Source: Malacoraja senta
Lineage: Eukaryota
Direction of reading: 5' to 3'
Assembly (NCBI GenBank): GCA_038087875.1
Contig: CM075981.1
Location: 1,674,001-1,738,000 of the forward strand
DNA length: 64,000 nucleotides
Shown here piece by piece: positions 61,201-64,000 of this stretch (its first letter is position 1; every line of letters begins with the position of its first letter). The translations under genes and the position numbers were made by a program. The notes under the pieces are model-generated. The model was not told the DNA's origin. It did not search any database and saw only the letters and a list, made by a program, of their open reading frames with translations.

Positions 61201-62558
61201 ACCTATTGCCTATGTATCTATGTATCTCTTTATCTATGTCTGTATCTACAGTTCCTTGTGTCTCCACCTCTGATATTGAAAAGCAAGACCAATCAAATAT
61301 TCAGCAAGAGAACACTATACCCGTTGGAGTAACTGGGCGCAGTGGTTTCCTGATGATTGTTATCGGGTGTTACATTTGTATTTGAAGTGAACCCTACTGA
61401 TGTTAACGACTCACGAATAGATTTAGGTTCTGTTGATATAAGGAAATAAAGGACAATTAAAGATAGACAAAAAAATGCTGGATTAACTCAGCGAGACAGG
61501 CAGCATCGCTGGAGAGAATGAATGGGTAACGTTTCGGGTCTGAGCATGGGTCTCGACCCGAAACGTCAGAGCGAGAGAGTTAGATGGAGCTCTAAAAGAT
61601 AGCGGCGCCATGGGATATGGTGAGAAGGTATGAACGGGGTACTGATTGTGGATAATCAGCCATGGTCATAGTGAATGTCGGTGCTGGCTCGAAGGGCCGA
61701 ATGGCCTACTCCTACCACAGTTGTCTCTTATCTCTTGACCAGCTTTATTGTAACCCGTCTGTCCTCCGTTCTCAGTCAGGGCTATGTAAAAGCAGTGGCG
61801 GCGGTGAATGCCTAAACACGGGTCCGGCCCAGTGTCGGTTGAGAGATGAATGTTGGCAGCGTAGCCGGCGGCACCGCCAATGAAATAGCAAAGTGAGGTC
61901 TTTCTGCAGGGTGAGAGGCCGGGCACCGCCTGAGATTGTTGAAAGGCAGCTCCTGCAACACTGCCGCGCTCCCTCAGTACCGCACTGCGATCCCAGCCCA
62001 GTTTCTGCTCAGGGATCTGGAGTAGGAAGTGAACCCTAATTGTACTGACCAGGGGACAGAACACTGACACAACAGGTACAATAACAGCACTGCCTGCACT
62101 TCATACCGGAGACATTGGCCGTGAAGCAATATGACACATCATGGAACGATTTAAGTTTTCTTGCATGTTTTCTTCAAAATGTATCTATTTCCATTAAACA
62201 GTTCATTTGTTCTCCATCTGAAAGTTTCTCCCCTCCAATTCAGCTGCAGTGTGGGGAGAGACGTATGTAACAGGAGTTGTGGGAAGAGCGATCACAATCT
62301 ATTGTCACTATGAAGCAGAGTACCGCTCACACACAAAATACTGGTGCCGTGTGCAGAATCGGCAATGTACAGATATGATGGAAACAAATGGGCAACACGG
62401 ACGGAGTGGAAGAGTGTCAATCACAAATAACCCGGCACGAGGAATATTTACTTTGACTGTGGAGGATCTTCACTCTGGAGATACAGGATGGTACAGGTGT
62501 GGAATTACAACATCTAACGGCCGTTCAATGTTAAACGTAGAACTCCAAGTATCTGACG
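55212..62558 (+). CDS. Gene copy 3, 5' part: leader 55212-55248, V1 59742-60056, V2 62244-62558 (continues beyond the window)
   Basis: Same splice sites and open frames as copy 2. Confidence 0.85.
56176..56193 (+). promoter_or_regulatory. Primer-binding site complementary to the 3' end of tRNA-Leu
   Basis: TGGTGTCAGAAGTGGGAT is the reverse complement of ATCCCACTTCTGACACCA, as I recall the vertebrate tRNA-Leu(CAA) 3' end. Confidence 0.85.
56215..57966 (+). CDS. Gypsy integrase (RNase H C-terminal remnant, HHCC zinc finger, DDE core, Pro-rich tail)
   Basis: IVYRKGKDMFVADTLSR; AHNGH...CSTC; VATDIF / QSDNGGQF / NGLAERAVR catalytic motifs. The first internal ATG at 56215 lies within ORF 56143-57966. 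Confidence 0.88.
   Translation: MMLQLQRFTFQIVYRKGKDMFVADTLSRAPLASTARHPYESSDLMVLNVNFMPSQQLQSLIHHTANDPALQQLIDVIRRGWPDRRSPLPAGAAPYFLVRDELVLQGGVVVKGHKVVVPAALRDHYFQTAHNGHPGADATLSQAQSQFYWPSMAQDIRERVSACSTCNTLSPHQQRQPLLQQPAPALAWMAVATDIFEWRGKHFLVLVDSYSSWFEIKRLHSLTSAAVIGTLQPLFATFGIPVTVQSDNGGQFTSAEFRAFAAAYNFRHITSSPEYPQGNGLAERAVRSAKELLEHCRLSHSDFYLALLNLRNISRDPAMGSPAQRLMSRTTRPPIPVSQRSLRPAIRSPAAVQKRITQKQVVQKRSHDKSCRPLQPLFEGQVVRMQSPSGHHRLAVVVGFADSPRSYLVDYEGTIYRRSRQHLLPVNEPAPPPAAPFAPPVAASLPPAPLPSQPLAPRSPAAPPAPPPSAISRSRARCGAIVSSPVSSFSPSCSLPFRFTYRRSCPGAHSTFEGGGEAGCIPASGVWSSRLNVTGSLLECFKFFPDDVRAGLCLAYESWSHCHHCCFPFQGEGCRAVHVPLTW
58963..59672 (+). mobile_element. Same truncated L1 insertion in copy 3
   Basis: TSD at 58948-58962 and 59673-59687; same sequence as in copy 2. 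Confidence 0.85.
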
Positions 62559-64000
62559 GTACGTTTCTCAGCGATTGACTTGTCGTCTGCACTGAAAGGC
62601 CTGATCTATGTTTTCTCCGGGAAGGGTCAGGGCAGCACCGATATCCCGAGGCTCCGCAGCAGTGCAGAGACCTGCGGGGAGCGAGCGGGGGTCGGGAAAC
62701 CGCACTCATTTTGCTCTCACCCTGAGCGGGCTCTGCCCCACTGAGCGGCCACCCACTTAGAAACATAGAAACATAGAAAATAGGTGCAGGAGGAGGCCAT
62801 TCGGCCTTTCGAGCCAGCACCGCCATTTGTTGCTATCATGGCTGATCGTCCCCAATCAATGACCTGTGCCAGCCTTCTCCCCATATCCCTTGATTCCACT
62901 AGACCCTGGAGCTCTATCTGACTCTCTCTTAAATCCATCCAGTGATTTGGCCTCCACTGTCCTCGGTGGCAGGGAATGCCACAAATTCACAACTCTCTGG
63001 GTGAAAACGTTTTTTCTCACCTCAGTCTTAAATGGCCTCCCCTTTATTCTAAGTGTGGCCCCTGGTTCTGGACTCGCCCAACATTGGGAACATTTTTCCT
63101 GCATCTAGCTTGTCCAGTCCTTTTATAATGTTATGTGTTTCTATAAGACCCCCCTCAAACTTCTAAACTCCAGTGAATACAAGCCTAGTCTTTTCAATCT
63201 TTCCTCATAAGACAGTCCCGCCATCCCAGGGATCAATCTCGTGAACCTATGCTGCACTGCCTCAATCACAAGGATGTCCTTCCACAAATTAGGAGACCAA
63301 AACTGTACGCAATACTCCAGATGTGGTCTTTCCAGAGCCCTATACAACTGCAGAAGAACCTCTGTACTCCTATACTGAAATTCTCTTGTTATGAAGGCCA
63401 ACATTCCATTAGCTTTCTTCACTGCCTGCTGTACCTGCAAGCCAACTTTCAGTGACCGGTGTACAAGGACACCTAGGTCTCGCTGCGCCTCCCCCCTACC
63501 TAACCTAACCCCGTTTTGATAATAATCTGCCCCCTTGTTTTTGCCACCAAAGTGGATAACCTCACATTTATCTATATTATACTGCCACGCATCTGCCCAC
63601 TCACTCAACCTGGTCACCCTGCAACCTGCTAACATCCTCTTCATAGTTCACACTGCCATCCAGCTTTGTGTCATCCGCAAACTTGCTAGTGTTGCTCCTA
63701 ATTCCCTCTTCCAAATCATTAATATAAATGGTAAACAGTTGCGGCCCCAACACCGAGCCTAGCGGCACTCCATTCGCCACTGCCTGCCATTCTGAAAAGG
63801 ACCCGTTCACTCCTACTCTTTACTTCCTGTCTGCCAACCAATCTTCTATCCACGTCAACACCCTACCCCCAATACCATGCGCTCTAATTGTAGTCACCAG
63901 TCTCCCGGGCGGGTACTTATCAAAGGCTTTCTGAAAGTCTAGATACACTACATCCACTGGCTCCCCTTCATCCATTTTACTTGTCACATCCTCAAAAAAA

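Larger units (their letters stand above)
47468..64000 (+). repeat. Tandem segmental duplication unit 3 (truncated by the window end)
   Basis: Offset from unit 2 is 24,331 before and 26,514 after the LTR element; the 2,183 difference equals the element plus its 5-bp TSD. Confidence 0.97.

Noticed and set aside
106-64000. The many 60-160 aa ORFs in the track
   Set aside because: Most are antisense or off-frame readings of CR1, Penelope, SINE or intron DNA, or read-through extensions of real exons across splice sites; they recur only because the whole unit is duplicated.

Overview
Eukaryotic vertebrate genomic DNA. The repeat landscape (V-SINE/HE1-type tRNA SINEs, CR1, Penelope-like and L1 fragments) points to a cartilaginous fish, probably a skate or ray; this is inference. 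The whole window is a head-to-tail tandem array of one + strand gene unit with periods of 23,136, 24,331 and 26,514 bp. It holds the 3' tail of copy 0, complete copies 1 and 2, and the 5' part of copy 3. From GT-AG boundaries I reconstruct each unit as leader, V1, V2, V3, C2a, V4, C2b, a 49-nt stalk exon, an 18-nt micro-exon, a TM exon with an intramembrane Arg, and a short tyrosine-free tail. The V domains are CD300/pIgR/TREM-like and the C2 domains are FcR-like, which best fits the skate MDIR (modular domain immune-type receptor) family, activating type. Points of note: (1) all six Ig exons are phase-1 symmetric and every V exon keeps the end of the signal peptide, allowing combinatorial splicing; (2) copies differ in the leader-V1-V2 half but are nearly identical from V3 onward; (3) a very young integrase-only Gypsy LTR element sits in copy 3; (4) a 5'-truncated L1 with a 15-bp TSD marks copies 2 and 3; (5) Penelope ends carry hammerhead-ribozyme cores; (6) the V4-C2b intron has a 61-bp-arm hairpin. 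Exon models are sequence-only predictions, and some single-base indels may be assembly errors.
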